A stretch of DNA of 64,000 nt from Lama glama (lineage: Eukaryota), in NCBI GenBank assembly GCA_028534125.1, contig CM052832.1, positions 15,254,001 to 15,318,000 on the forward strand. Reading direction: 5' to 3'. Both the position numbers and the translations under genes were made by a program. Position 1 is the stretch's first letter, and every line of letters begins with the position of its first letter. This document shows, piece by piece, positions 35,638-48,079 of this stretch. The notes beneath the pieces were generated by a model that was given only the letters and a program-made list of their open reading frames with translations, made no database searches and had not been told where the DNA came from.

Positions 35638-35707
35638 GTGTGTGTGTGTGTGTGTGCATGCATACACGTGCATGCGTGCATACACGTGCATGCGTCCATA
35701 CACACAC
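35638..35707. repeat. Alternating purine/pyrimidine tract: (GT)n plus two 18-bp units containing CACGTG
   Basis: catacacgtgcatgcgtg (35661-35678) and catacacgtgcatgcgtc (35679-35696). Confidence 0.9.
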
Positions 35708-36819
35708 CTTTGTAGGGAAGAGGAGTAGAGTGCATCTTAGGGCCTGGGAGATCAAGCCCATCTCTACCCACATTTTCACTGCGTCTCAGAGAATAGGAGC
35801 AGCTAAGGCAGTTAAAATCAAGTGGCAAAGTCAGAGGCGGGGGTGGACTTCATAAATTCCAGGTCTCCCTGCAGCCCCCCTATATCATGATAGTCATGTT
35901 GATAGGCCAAAGTCTTTATCTCTCCCTGACCTATATTTTTTGGGGGTGGTCTCAGTATCTCCAATTCAAAAACCAAGCCACCCAGAGTGGCCCTCTCTTC
36001 AAAATATAGTTGTGATACAAACACTCTGACCCCAGGTTCCTGGGGGGAAGCTTTGCTGGGGTGATGCACACCAGCACTGAGGCTCAGATCACCCCCTGAT
36101 GGTGGTCGGCTCTCTGCAAGCCACTGGCCACGGGCAGGACCAAGAAGGCGAGAGATGCCAGGGCCAGGAGAAGCAGTGAGGCCTTGTGGCTGCAGCCTCC
36201 TCTGCTGAAGCCCTCAGTGGAACTGCTCTCTCCCCTGCACTCATTAAACACTTCATCTGCTGCTGCTCACTGCTCCCACAGCTCTAGAGGAGGAAAGGCA
36301 GGGAGGGGCCACCCAGGAACGCACCTGCTGTGAGGCTCTCAGGATACCCCCTCTCCGCCCTCCTCCCCTTGGAAATGTGCTGCAGCTCATCTGAGGCCAG
36401 GCCCTGGCCCAGGGCCTCCCAGAAGGTGGCACAGTATGTCCCAAATGGAGTAGCACCTCCTCCCTCTGCCCTGTCTGTGTCACAGGGGCTCCCAGGTCTC
36501 CAGTCTCTGAGGCCAACTGCTCTGTCCTCTGAAGTGTTTTCCAGATGTGGCCCCTCTTCTCTCACTCCCTCGGCCCACCTCTCCTCTGCCCCCATCATCC
36601 CACAAGCCGCATCGCCCATCCCCCCTCAGCTTCTCTTTCATCCCCCTTAAATCCCTGTCTGGGTAACAGGCCTCCCCTGCTCTTATACTGGTAGGGGCTC
36701 GTGATTTCTAAATAGAGCCCCAGCCCTTCAGCCTGACCTCAGACTTTCTATAGCCCACCCCCGACTAACCTCTTCGCACACAGCCCCTACCTTTCTGCCG
36801 AACAGGATCACTTACTACT

Positions 36820-37085
36820 TGGAGAATAGTCGTTAAGAACACAGACTTGGGTCCTTACCTCCTGGGTTCAAATCCTGCCTCCACGCTTCTTAGCTGTAAG
36901 AACTTGGGAAGTTGCCTAACCTCTCTGTGCCTCAGTTTCGTCATCTGTAAAAATGGCAATAACAACGGTACATCTGTGTCACAGGGAATTGTAGGTAATA
37001 AATGAGTTAGTACATGCAAAACACTGAGTATAGTGTCTGGCACGTATAAGTACTCAGTAAAAGAGGGCAGTTGTTATTATCATTC
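36820..37085 (+). mobile_element. Near full-length MIR SINE
   Basis: gttaagaacacagact...ctgggttcaaatcctgcctcc...aacctctctgtgcctcagtttcgtcatctgtaaaaatgg...gtgtctggcacgtataagtactcagtaaa. Confidence 0.92.
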
Positions 37086-37174
37086 TTATGCCTTGATTCT
37101 CCCAGTTCTGAGCCTTTGCTTATGCTGTATTTCCATCTAGAGTGCCCACTAAATCCCCTCCCATCCCTAAAGCA

Positions 37175-38205
37175 TGTGTATTTTGCCTGCCCTGCATCTC
37201 ATTCTTTGGTGAGCTGCCCTTCCTCCATCCCACAGTGATACCACTCAGTCCATGCGATTAGGTGGGGCTGGCCCCACTCTGCAGCTGCAAGGTTTAGGAA
37301 CAGCCCAAACCTGACCAATCAGAGGTCCTCTGTACTCTGGCCACAGTGATCAACTTAGGAATGGGCACGTGACTCCAGCTGGCCAGTTACAGCTCCCCCA
37401 CTCCACTGCTCACCCCCGAGCTGGGATTTTGCCTGAGCAGGTCCTCTGGGATCCTGAGTTGTAAGGATGTATGGTAACTGGAAAATGCCTCCCTCCCAAA
37501 GATATATTTACTTCCTAATACCTGGAACCTGTAAATACTACCTTAGATGCCAAAAGGGATGATTAAGTTAAGGATCTTGAGAGGAAAGTCTTATCCTAGA
37601 TTACCCAGGTGGGCCCGCAATACCATCACAAGTATCCTTATAAGAGAAGTTAGACAAACACAGAGGAGAGATTCAACACTGAGAGGAGAAGGCAGTGTGA
37701 AAACCTAGCAGAGAGATGCGGCCACAAGTCAAGAAATGCCAACGGTCAACAGAAGTTGAGAAGACGGAATGGATTCTTCCCTAGAGCCTCTGGAGGGAGC
37801 GCAGTCCTACCAACACCTTGATTTCAGGCTTCTGGCCTCCAAAACAGCAAAAGATTGCATTTCTGCTGTTCAAAGGCACCACATTGGTCATCATTTGTTA
37901 CAGCAGCCCTTGGAAGCTAGGCTGTGAGGCAATGATGAGCAGACAGCACCCAGAGATGGTGGGGGCCGTCCTGTGCCATTTGGAGGGGGCCTGCCTGGGA
38001 TGACGCTGAGCAGAGGAAGGTAGAGGTGAGGTATGAAGACAGGGGGGCTAGGAGGTAGGCAGAGCCCTGAGGACATTGGGTCACCCCTGAAGGCAGCCTT
38101 CTTTCCCTGGCCTTTTCAGCAACATAAGCCAACACATGTCCCTTCGTACTTAAGCCAGTTTGAACTGGTCTGTCACTTGCAACCCAAAGAATTCTGGCTA
38201 ACACT
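37175..38205 (+). mobile_element. LTR16-like ERVL LTR interrupted by an MLT1 LTR
   Basis: 5' part has ctgaccaatcagagg...gggcacgtgact; 3' part ends ...cttaagccagtttgaactgg..tgtcacttgcaacccaaagaattctggctaa. Confidence 0.65.
37468..37919 (+). mobile_element. MaLR solo LTR (MLT1C/D-like)
   Basis: cccaaagatat...cctaatacctggaacctgtaaata...gattaagttaaggatcttgag...ccctagagcctctggagggag...caacaccttgatttcagg...tttgttacagcagcc. Confidence 0.88.
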
Positions 38206-38229
38206 CTTACCCAATAATTATCAGGAGCC

Positions 38230-39320
38230 TTAAAAATATCTTAAATCTTTGATCCAGCTTTAAGCCCTAAGGAAATCATGTGTGTAAGAACACTCACTGA
38301 AGTGTGAAAAATAGAAAAAAAATCTATATAGGTAGCCACAGGTCATGGCTTCATAAATTATGACACATCCCTATAAGGGGATATTACACAGCCATTAAAA
38401 ATCATGTTTTCATCCTCATTATACAATGTTAAGTATACAGCAGGACACTAAAAATATATGTATAGATACAAAAACACAAGTTTATATATTTATACAGAAA
38501 CGGACTGATCCTCATTTTATTTTTATTTTGCTTTAGATCATTTTAATAGAAGTAAAGATTACACATAGAGTTGAAATCCTGTGTACCTCTCCGCAGCCCC
38601 TTTATTGCCCCCTTCTCTGTCACTCTAAGTTGGTATCATTCCTATGCATGATTTTAAACATCTACTACCTGGGATAAGTAATATATAGTATTTGTACGTG
38701 TTTTCACATGTTAATAAATAGTAGGAGACTTTCTGCAACCTGCTTTTTTCCCCCCAAAGAATAATATGTTTGTGTACTCAATCCATCTTGATAACGTGTG
38801 ACATTAATTTTACCGGCTGCCCAGAATTCTGAGGATCCCACACTTTATTTATCCTTTCTCTGGTTAATAAATGCTGAGATTATTGACATTTTCCCCCATA
38901 AAATGCTGCAGCTCTTATATCTCCTTCTGCACACACGTGAGATTGTCTCTGGGGATTTATGTGCAGTAGCTGGGTGGCAGGGGAGCTCATCTTCATCTTT
39001 ACAAGGCGCTGCTGGGTGCGCTTCTGAGTAGTGGTACCGAGAGCAAGTGAAGAGTCCTATTTCCCACACCTTTGACGGAGAGACATTTTCATTTTTGTCA
39101 GTGTAACAGGTAGGAAATTGTATCTCCTTGTGGTTTTCATGCGCATTTCCCTGTTTACAGTGCTGTCCGTCATCATTCCATGAGTCCAATTCAGTTTCCT
39201 CTTCTGTTAAATGCCTTCAACTGCTCTTCTACTGACACGTCTGCCTTTTGAATAGAAAATATTTTAGCATGAACTACACCTCAATGTTAACAGTAGTTTA
39301 ACAAGCAATTTGTATATTCT
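38230..39320. mobile_element. Old L1M fragments (sense pieces flanking an antisense block at ~38520-39230)
   Basis: atattacacagccattaaaaatcatgtt (sense); ctttctgcaacctgctttttt and ttgtggttttcatgcgcatttccctg (antisense). Confidence 0.65.
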
Positions 39321-39339
39321 TTACAGCAGTAAGACACTT

Positions 39340-39850
39340 AATTTGGGGAGGCCACCCTGTGTGCCCTTCCTACTTTGGGAAACTCCACCCTACCCAGCTC
39401 CCTGTCTTCACCTTCCCACCCGCGAGCACCATGTGGGCCAATCAGAGCTGATGGCCGCTTACCTGATCCTGCCCTGTGATTGGCCCGGGCTTAGGCATGT
39501 GACCCAAGCCAGCCCAATCAGAGCCCTTCCCTGGGGTTTCCAGAACGCGCGCTGGAGGAGAGAGCTTCTCTCCTCAGTGACGGAGTTGTGAGGGAGGATA
39601 GGTGGCCCACGTTCCAGCCTCGTGGAGACAAGGAGCCTGAGCCCAAGAAAGCCACACGCTGGGGAGGAAAGAAGCAGTGAGAGTGGAAAGGGGCCTGCCA
39701 GACGTCTACCACACCTCCACTCACTGCAGCGAATCCGCCTCCATTTGGCGTCCCCTCACATGCACCCAGAAGGGCTCTCGCTGACGTGTAAGACTTGTCC
39801 GCCATTTTTGCAAGTTTCCTACGGTAAGTTACTTTGTATAATCAGAAATT
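39340..39850 (+). mobile_element. LTR16-like ERVL LTR with three CCAAT boxes
   Basis: tgattggcccgggcttaggcatgtgacccaagccagcccaatcagagcccttccctggg is characteristic of LTR16-family LTRs. Confidence 0.7.
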
Positions 39851-42039
39851 GAATAATTGTTTTAATTGTTTAATCTTACTTTCAAGGTTAGACACAATCA
39901 TCTCACCTCCGTGAAGGTTTTGTAGTCACCCAGCCAAAAGCCCTAACCAGCTGCCGTGGGAGCGGAGGCCTGGCCTGGAGTCCCCGGGGGAAAAAAGGTT
40001 AGTGGTGGCTTCTGGGAAAGGGTCCTTGTGGACCTGGGGAGTGGAGGCACAGAGGAGGGGGATGTCTGTTAGGGGATTGAGGGTCTGAGTGGAGCTCTGA
40101 TCTCCACTGAATTGCACAGACTTGAAGGATGAGGCCAGGCCAGAAACCTGCCCCTACAGCCTAGGATGCCAGCTTTCTGCTGGGCACCCGCCAGACTCTG
40201 ACCTGCCCAGGGTCAAGGGAGATCACGCAGGCTCTGGCCCTTTAGATAGAAGGATGCAGAAAAGCCTGCCCTGGTGCTGGGCTTCTGTGTGGGACCTGGG
40301 TCCACTGACCTGTGGGGAGAGCTTGCCGAAGTGACCCCCAGCACCCACCTCTGCCCTCATATGTCTTGACCCTCTCCTCACAGAGTCTAGAGGCTTCAAA
40401 TGAGAAGCATGTTCCAAAAGATGTGGCTTATGGGAAAACTTCAGCCAAATCAATTAATGATAAAACCCTTGAGCAAACACAGCTACTTTTATCATTTTAT
40501 AATGCTGTGATTTGAGCGGCAAAAGAAATTAAATTAAAAACATTGAGATTCAGGGTCAGAACCCCAGCTACTCTCATTGGTTTTTAATCTCCTGTTAAAC
40601 AATATATCTTCTGATGGTTTTTGTCAGCTTATTCAATGTAATAATCCAGACACGTGGCCTGCTGACCCTCCTCATTCCCTCCATGTGGCTGAGGGGGAAG
40701 AATGCTGCTGGCAGCCAGTCAAGCTAAAATGGTGTTGGGTAGATGGGCCACGGTCCTGGGAAATGACAAGGCCACACAGGACCCTGGGGACTGGATGTCA
40801 CCAGAGCTGTGCAGGCAAAGGACAGGGCCTTGAGATGCCCTGGGGCCAACTGTCTAGCCCCTGACATTATGGATGAGGTACCTGGGCCCAGAAAGCAAAA
40901 GTTTTCCCAAGTCACATTGAGTCGAGATTGGAACCCAGATGTCCTGACACCCGACCCACAGCTCATTCTTTTGAACTACCCACATAGGTCACTCAGGAAG
41001 GCAGCTGGGCTTGGTGCAGGGAGCGTGGTCCCTAGATCTTTGTCTTCTCTCAGGGCATTATCAATGGGGCTTATTGAGCTCAGTCTGGGAAACAGAGTTA
41101 GGCTCCATCTTTGGGGAGATCCTGGCCTAATGGGAGAGGCAGTTGGCCATGGTTGGGAACCTCCCAGTTTGATGATGGAGACACAACTCTGCCCTTTGGA
41201 AGCACCCAGTCTGATGGGGACATAGGCAAATACAGACAGCCAAGCCTACAAGTAAATTGTTTTGATGAGAACATGACAAGACAGGGTAGCCTGGAATTTC
41301 TGTTGGCTTCACCAAGGAAGGCTTCTGGGAGGAGGCTGAGACCTAGGGGAAAAAGCTGGTCTCAAGACAGCTTAGGCAGTGAATTTGAGGCAAGAGAGAG
41401 GCTGTAGCTGGGGAGGGAGATGACACACAGAATGTATTGCCTTCGTGAGTTGTCTGTACCCACACACAGGCACACTGATAAACATGCAAGCCTGTTTGCA
41501 CACACTCACGCCTACTTGCACAGACTCATCCATGCACGCCCTTAACCACAAGCTTGCATTCCAGGCGTAAGTACACACAAGCTTTCTCACACCTCCATGT
41601 GTACACACATATACACACATGCATTTATGTGCATGTACCCATACATGTGATCATTTACAGACCTACACATTGGCCAGTCCGGCTTTGTATATAGCTCAAA
41701 TATGCTCTGCTATGCACATAGGTAGGGGGCCCTGCCCTATCCCAGCCTCACTTGCAGTCCCTCAGCAGCTGTATCACCTGCACAGATGTCCCTGAGCCCC
41801 CCTGCTTTGGCTCTGTCTGCATCCCCTGCAGCTGCCATGATCCAGATATCTGATTCATGTATCTGCTGCTTCTGCTCTAGGCCAGTGCATGGGCAGGGAG
41901 CTGGGGTTGACCTGGAGGATAATCTTGAGGAATTCCCTGGAGTTCCCCACTGCCTAGGCTGTTGAGTCTTCAGGGGTGTATGGGTCACCCCCAGCCTCAC
42001 AGCAGAACTCTCTGGTTCCCTCTTGTTCACTCAGGTTCT

Positions 42040-42470
42040 CTGTGACAGGTCAGATTCCTGTGAACAGACTCTGTTATGGAGATTTGTGTGTAGATTTCCC
42101 GGGGAGAGCTCCCAGACAGCACCAGTGAAGGAGGCAGGGCTGGGCAGAGCAGGAAGCTGTACTGCTATGTAGTCACAGCAAAGGCCTCAGCCACTCCCTA
42201 AGAGCTCTGGAGCAGGGATGGCCCCGCAGGTGTTCCCACATGACATTAGGGGAATTGTCCTTTACACTGTCCATTTACCAGTCACTGGATGTGGGCTACC
42301 TTCAGAAAATGGGGTAACCTTGAGAGAGGAGGTTCCCTTCAGCCAGGAACACTCAGAAGGAAGAGGGGCTCACCTTGGAGTAGTCAGCCACCAGCATTCC
42401 CTACCACTTGGTCCCCACTGCTAGGAGAACAGGCACTCGAGTGTGGGCAGCACTGTGGTGTCCACCACAG
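42040..42470 (-). mobile_element. ERVL solo LTR (LTR33-like)
   Basis: cagactctg..atggagatttg...gggctgggcagagcaggaagctg...aaaggcctcagcca...gagctctggagcagggatggccc. Confidence 0.75.
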
Positions 42471-42736
42471 TCTGCAAAGGATGAGATATCCGACTCCCTA
42501 CTGCACGTCTCACTCCAGTGCCTGCTGCTGCACTTGGATGCGCCTCTCCTGAGTTTTTCTGGGCCCTGCTCCCTCCTTCTTCTGTTCCTCCCACATCATC
42601 CCATCTTCCTGGACTGGTATTGATGGCTCCAGGTTGCAGGCTTCTGCTTCTCTCAGAAAGCAGAGGATGAAGCTCCCTCCAGCAGCTCCCTCGTGTCCTG
42701 GGGACTGAGATCCTCTCTGACCTTCTCTGGCCTTTC

Positions 42737-42825
42737 TTTTTTTTTAAATAGAGGTACTGAGGATTGAACCCAGGCCCTGGAGCATGCTAAGCATGCCCTC
42801 TACCACTGAGCTATTACCCTCTCCC
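42737..42825 (-). mobile_element. tRNA-Ala-derived SINE, camelid vic-1 type
   Basis: Reverse complement gggagagggtaaTAGCTCAGTGGtagagggcatgcttAGCatgctccagggcctgGGTTCAATCCtcagtacctctatttaaaaaaaaa: Pol III A and B boxes, AGC anticodon arm, A-tail. Confidence 0.9.
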
Positions 42826-43254
42826 TGAGATTCTCTCTGAACGTGGGGGAGGAAGGGTGCTGGGTAATGGCGGGGGGGGGGGTGCAGTGAGGACAGTCCC
42901 CTCCCACTAGCTCATCCACTGTGACTCAGATCAGTGAGATAGGGGCTGAGGCCATCTGTTTTGCTCTGGGCTCACAAGGCAGTGACACGGACTTGTGACT
43001 TTATAAATTAAGCAGGTTCTGTGGGTGGCAATTTGATTTCCATTTTCTGCTGATAGGACCCCCTTCTCTACTTCCCAGGTCCTCTGTTCTTATCACCCCC
43101 ATCACTGTCCCCTCTCACACACACAGTCCTGGCAAGAGTGCCAGCTAAATGCCTTTGAATCCAAGACAACCCCTTTCTTTCCTTCCTTTCCAGGGAAGCG
43201 TGAACCAGAGAGTGGCTAGTTTGGAGAGGAATGGGCTCCACCCGGACTAGGACT

Positions 43255-43425
43255 ATCTCATCTGGACATGCACATTCATTTTCACATTTTAATATCTCTG
43301 AAACTTGAATATGTCTAATAATCAATGGTTTATCCTGGTTTAATCAGCAGCATTTTTTTCCCTTTCATAATACCTAACATAATGGTTACTTTTTCAATGA
43401 ATGATATCTTACATTTGATGCAGCT
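43255..43425. mobile_element. TcMar-Tc2 MITE (MER104/Kanga-like)
   Basis: atgcacattcattttcacattttaatatctctgaaac...tttaatcagcagcattttttt...ataatggt...atcttacatttgatg. Confidence 0.65.
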
Positions 43426-44229
43426 GAGAGGTGACACCCCTCTGCACCAGAGGTGGGGAAGGGGAGGGGACTGAAGCTGGGAAACCTTTCAGCACCTCCC
43501 ACATCAGTTTTTCATGGCACAGCTTCAGGATCTAGGCCCTCCCCAGGCCTCCTGCAGGCAGATGAAGAGCAGAACCAGGTTCTGGAGCCAAACAGAAAAT
43601 TATTTTTAGAGACTCGGGGCTGAGGTTTGCTTCCAGGGCCCTGCAGACCTCATCTGCCGGCAACCACAGTCCTCCTTCTGAAGCCTAAATAAAAGTAGCT
43701 GGAAGCAGATTCCTCTGCCTCGCAGTTGGGAGCATGTCAGAGATGTAAATGTGGGTGCAGACATTCTGGGGAAGAGGGCTTGGGGCTCTCTTTTAAAAGC
43801 GAGGCCTTTTAAAACAGTGGCTTGGCATTGTCTCCAGGTAAGAGGATCAGCCCTGTGGGAGGCCAGGTGTTAAAAGCCTGGAAACGAAGAAAGAGAACGC
43901 CACACTGGAGGAGAGGCAAGGCAGGGGGAGATAATGGCAGAGAAGCACATTCTGGACCTTGTCTAGCCACCTGCAGCCAGGAGACCCCTAAGGAAGCCTC
44001 CCTGGAGATGGGAACAGCTTCCTAGCTTAGCCACATCTGCACCCAGACACTGGCTCTCTCTGCTCTGCAATGCCTCAGTGAACTCCAAATGGCCACTGAA
44101 GCACACTCCTGGGGAAGGAGGTGGCAAATGAGTGACACTGAGATCCAAGCCTTCACAGCCAGGTGAAATTTCAGCAAGCAGCGGAGACTGAAGGAAACCA
44201 TTCCAGGGCAGTGTGAGCGAGGCCCAAAG

Positions 44230-45460
44230 GACCAGATGCTAATCTGGGTGCTGGGGATTCAAGCAAACAGGCAAAAATTCCTGCTCTCAAAAAGTCTGTG
44301 TTAAAGATATTATCTCTAGTCAGAAGAGAGATAATAAAATCAACATGAAATATCAGTGCTAAGTGCCATGGAGAAAGGTACAGCAGAATAGGGGGGTTGG
44401 GGAGGGATAGAAATGCTGCTGTCTCTAGCATGGTCAGGGAAGTACCTTGGAAAAGATTTGACTAGAGCCTACATGAAATGAGAGAGTAGCCAGGGAGTTG
44501 CGCTTCAGGCTCAACAAACAGCAGGTGCAAAAGCCCTGGGGCAGGAGTGAAGTTGGGATGATCAAGAACTAACAAGAAGATGGGTGGCTGCAGTAGAGGG
44601 AGTTAGGGAGGTAAGTGGCATCAGATCCTCAGGGCTTTATGGGCCATGGACAGGACTTTGGCTTTCACTTTGAGTGAAACGGGGAGCCTGTAGAGGTTTG
44701 ATCGGAAGGATGGGATCTGACTTTGGTTTTAGCTGGAGAACAGACTGTAGGGGCCAAGGGGTTGGAGGCAGAGAGACACATTAAGAATCTATTGCAGTCT
44801 TCCAAACAAGAGATGATGGAGGTTGGATTTAGGTCTATTTAGAAGGCAGAGCTGACAAGATTTGCTGACAGACTAGATTTAGGGGTGTTCCAGTTTTCTA
44901 TTGCTACATAACAAACCACCCCCAATACTTGGTGGCTTAAAACCACCACAGTCATTTATTTTGCTCATGAGTCTGCAATTTGGCAGGGCTCGACAAGGAA
45001 GGCTTGTCCACAGCTTGTGACATCAGCTGGGACGGCTTGACTGGAGCCACTGGAGCTGCTTGCAGGATGACTCAGTCACAGCAAGTGTGTGCTGACAGGG
45101 CTGGGAGCTTAGCCTAGGCTATTGGCTGGAAGTCTCTGCTCCTCTCTTCACATCAGCCTCTCTTGGGGCTTCTCATAACATGGCAGCTAGGTAACAAGAG
45201 CAGGTGTTCCAGGAAACCAAGGTGGAGGTGCCTTGTGATTAAGCGTCAAGTCCCAGAACATAATTCCACTGTCTCCTTTGGTTAGGCAACTCACCAAGCC
45301 CAGCCCTGACTCGGGGGAGGGAGATTAGATACCACTTTCATCTTTCAGTGTGAGGAAGAGCAGAGAATTTTTGGCCATCATTAATCTGCCACAGGAAAGT
45401 CAGGATGGCTTCAGGATTTGTGGACTGGGCCACTTACTTCCTGACGGGAGATGCTATTTA
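44230..45460 (-). mobile_element. L2 LINE fragment interrupted by an MLT1 LTR
   Basis: aacagcaggtgcaaaagccctggggcagga...ggactttggctttcactttgagtgaaacggggagcc...gctgacaagatttgctgaca; resumes at ~45394 with gtcaggatggcttcagg. Confidence 0.8.
44886..45393 (-). mobile_element. MaLR solo LTR (MLT1H/I/J-like)
   Basis: ctattgctacataacaaaccaccccc...ggcttaaaac...ttttgctcatgagtctgcaatttggcagggct...ttggccatcattaatctgccaca. Confidence 0.85.
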
Positions 45461-46169
45461 CACCCAATTATCTTACCTTCCAGAGACAAAGCTGTGTGAC
45501 CTTAGCCAAATCCTTTCCCCTCACTGGACCTGTTTCTTCCTATCAAGTGAGATGTTTGGATAAGAAGACAGCTGCCCCTTCCGGCCCAGATACACCAGCC
45601 ACAGGGGCTGAGAGTCGCCTTCCCTGGGGGCTCCCAGGAGACAAATGACTTCTCCCAGGGCTGCTCCTGGAATGTTAGTCGGGCACCTGAGACTAGGGCT
45701 GGACAGCTCTTGGGAGGCACCACAGAGGAGGATCCTAGCTCTCAGCCCATCTCCCTGGTGTGCTTCCTCTGCTTCTGAGCTGAGTTCAGATGCACCCCTC
45801 CCCTGGCACGGGAGGCCTGGCCAGGCAACAGTCAGGAAAAACCTAGAAGGGCCCAGCCCACTAATGCCAGGTTATGGTTTCCAGATGTCTCCAAGCCCTT
45901 ACTCATCGGGGCACAATCAAGCATCAAGAGACCCAGAGGCAATTAGCCAAGCCCCTGCCCACTGCTGCCCTGCTCTGAGTCAGGCAGCCTGGTGGGAACT
46001 CTGACATACTTTCCCTGGTGCAGGTGAGGGGTGAGGCGTGGGAGTGGGGAGTTTGTTGCAGTGGCTGTGAGTACACACCTGGGACAGCTGAGGGGTGTAC
46101 AGATAGATATACAAGACTGGCAGGTTGTAGGCTCTCACCTGAAAACACTAGCACAAAGCCTCATGTGCC

Positions 46170-46315
46170 CCTGACTCTCCTGGGAGATATTAAAATGCTG
46201 AGACTGATTCAGAGGCCTAGGGGTTGGTGGGGTGGGGGGTGGCTGAGAGTCTGCATTTCTAACCAGTTCTCAGGTGATGCTAATGCTGCTGCTCCACAAA
46301 GCAAGGGTCTGGTCT
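46170..46315. mobile_element. MER5A-like MITE
   Basis: ctgagagtctgcatttctaaccagttctcaggtgatgctaatgctgctg. Confidence 0.75.
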
Positions 46316-48079
46316 AGCCAGACCTGTGACTTCCTAGGCAGGCACTGCAACACAGACAGGCTGGCTGGAGGGACCATCACCCAGCCTCCTGTGCCAAAGA
46401 TGACATAAACAGTAGCCACAGGGCACTGAGTTACCTGTAATGTTACAAGCCACCCAAGAGGATGAACTGTTTGACCTTGAGCAGGCTGCTTCTCCCTCTG
46501 TTTGCTCATCTGCAAAATGAGAAGAGGCCTGGAAAGTGGGAGAGAAGAGGAAGGGTGGAGAGAGGAGGGAATGGGGAGAAGGTAGCACAGGAGAGAGAAG
46601 GGAAGGATTGAAACAGAAGAGGTGGAGGGCAGAATGAAAGGGGGCAGCAGTCAAAGGACCTTGAAGACAAAGGGATTTACCTGAGAAAAGGAGAGTGAGA
46701 CAGGGAGTGAGGGGTTGAGGGGAGACCAGGGTGTAAGAAGTGGGCAGGGAGGGTGGGCCTGAGGCACGGGTGGTACCTCTCTTCTCATCCCAAGCTCTAA
46801 GGCACTAGGGAGAAATGAGATTCTAGCTGCAACCCTTCTGGGAAACATCTGCCTTTTCATTTATGAGGAAAAAGTAGAAAAATGACCGGGGGAGGTGCTG
46901 CTACTATTTTTTTAAGCAATGCAGCAAAAATGTCACCACTGGGAGCGTAAAGCCTATCAGGATGGTTAAGTAATAGCCTGGGTGCCTTCATCAGGCTCAG
47001 CTGCCCACAAGCCTCCCCCTCCCTAGGCCATATTTCACCCCGGGGCCCTGCGGCCTAGACTCGCCTATAAGCCAGTAATGAGCTGCAGGATGGATGTAAA
47101 ACCCCCACCTTCATCTCACAGGCAAGCCAGGCCCTTCTGATGCAAGACCCTGAGCTCTCAAGGCCTTGACTGTCTAACCTTATTTCCATAACACAACTCC
47201 AAGAGGGAAAACTGAGGCACAGGAATATTCCCAGCCCCCTTCTGGACCACCAGACCTATTGTACTGGCTTTCCCTACCCACTCAGGGACTTGCAGGGGAC
47301 CAGAGTTGTCCTTGAGATCATGGAATGATAGTTTCAGGGTCTCCTTGAAGAAAAGAGAAATATCTGTGCTTTCCTGTAGTCCACCTCCCAGATTGAAACT
47401 TTCTCTTTGGATTTTTGCTGGAAACAGCTCTTTGTTGGGTAAGGCTGGCAGTGGGGAGGGAGAGGCTTGGGAGGAAACACAGGAATGTTGTCAATGTCCT
47501 GCCAAGGGTAGAGGCTGGCATCATGGGCCTCTTAAAGGTGCCAAGGCAGGCTCAGTGTTTGTACAGGTATAGGGGGGACTCTGTTCTGGCAACACCTGAC
47601 GAGCTCAGGCTGGGCTGGGCTTTGAGTGGAAGAGGGATCAGGGGCAGCCCACCCCTTCCTGCATAGTGGCGGGGGTAGGTAGAGCAGCCCCTGCCACATC
47701 TTGGCTTACACTGTACCTTGGCCTGTGGTGCCTTCTCCTTCCCGTGAAATTATGAGTTTATTCATCTGTCAGGGCCCAACCCGGATGCCATCTCCTCTAG
47801 GAAGCCCACTCTGAACCCTCCAACCTTCTGATTCCCGCCTTCCCGACCTGCCCAAAGCTAGCTCATAAAGGGAATCCTGTCCACGGAAGAATCCCACAGG
47901 GCCCTAAGGCCAGTCTGGTCTTTCTCTAAATACACCAGAAGCCCCTTAAAGGCAAAGGCTGGCACTCCCCTTGCTCAGGTGAAGACCTTTTGGAAATTTT
48001 CTCCTCTGGCTGCACAGGAGGGGCCTGACCTCCTGGCTCTGTGCTCCGAGGGCCACTCCCACCCAGCCCACCCACCCTG

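Noticed and set aside
41440..41720. CA/TG-rich stretch
   Set aside because: Degenerate simple-repeat sequence with no regular unit
42745..42825. tRNA-Ala gene
   Set aside because: Degenerate acceptor stem, A-tail and flanking direct repeats identify it as a SINE
43791..43814. Inverted repeat ttttaaaag...cttttaaaa
   Set aside because: Short, low-complexity, expected by chance
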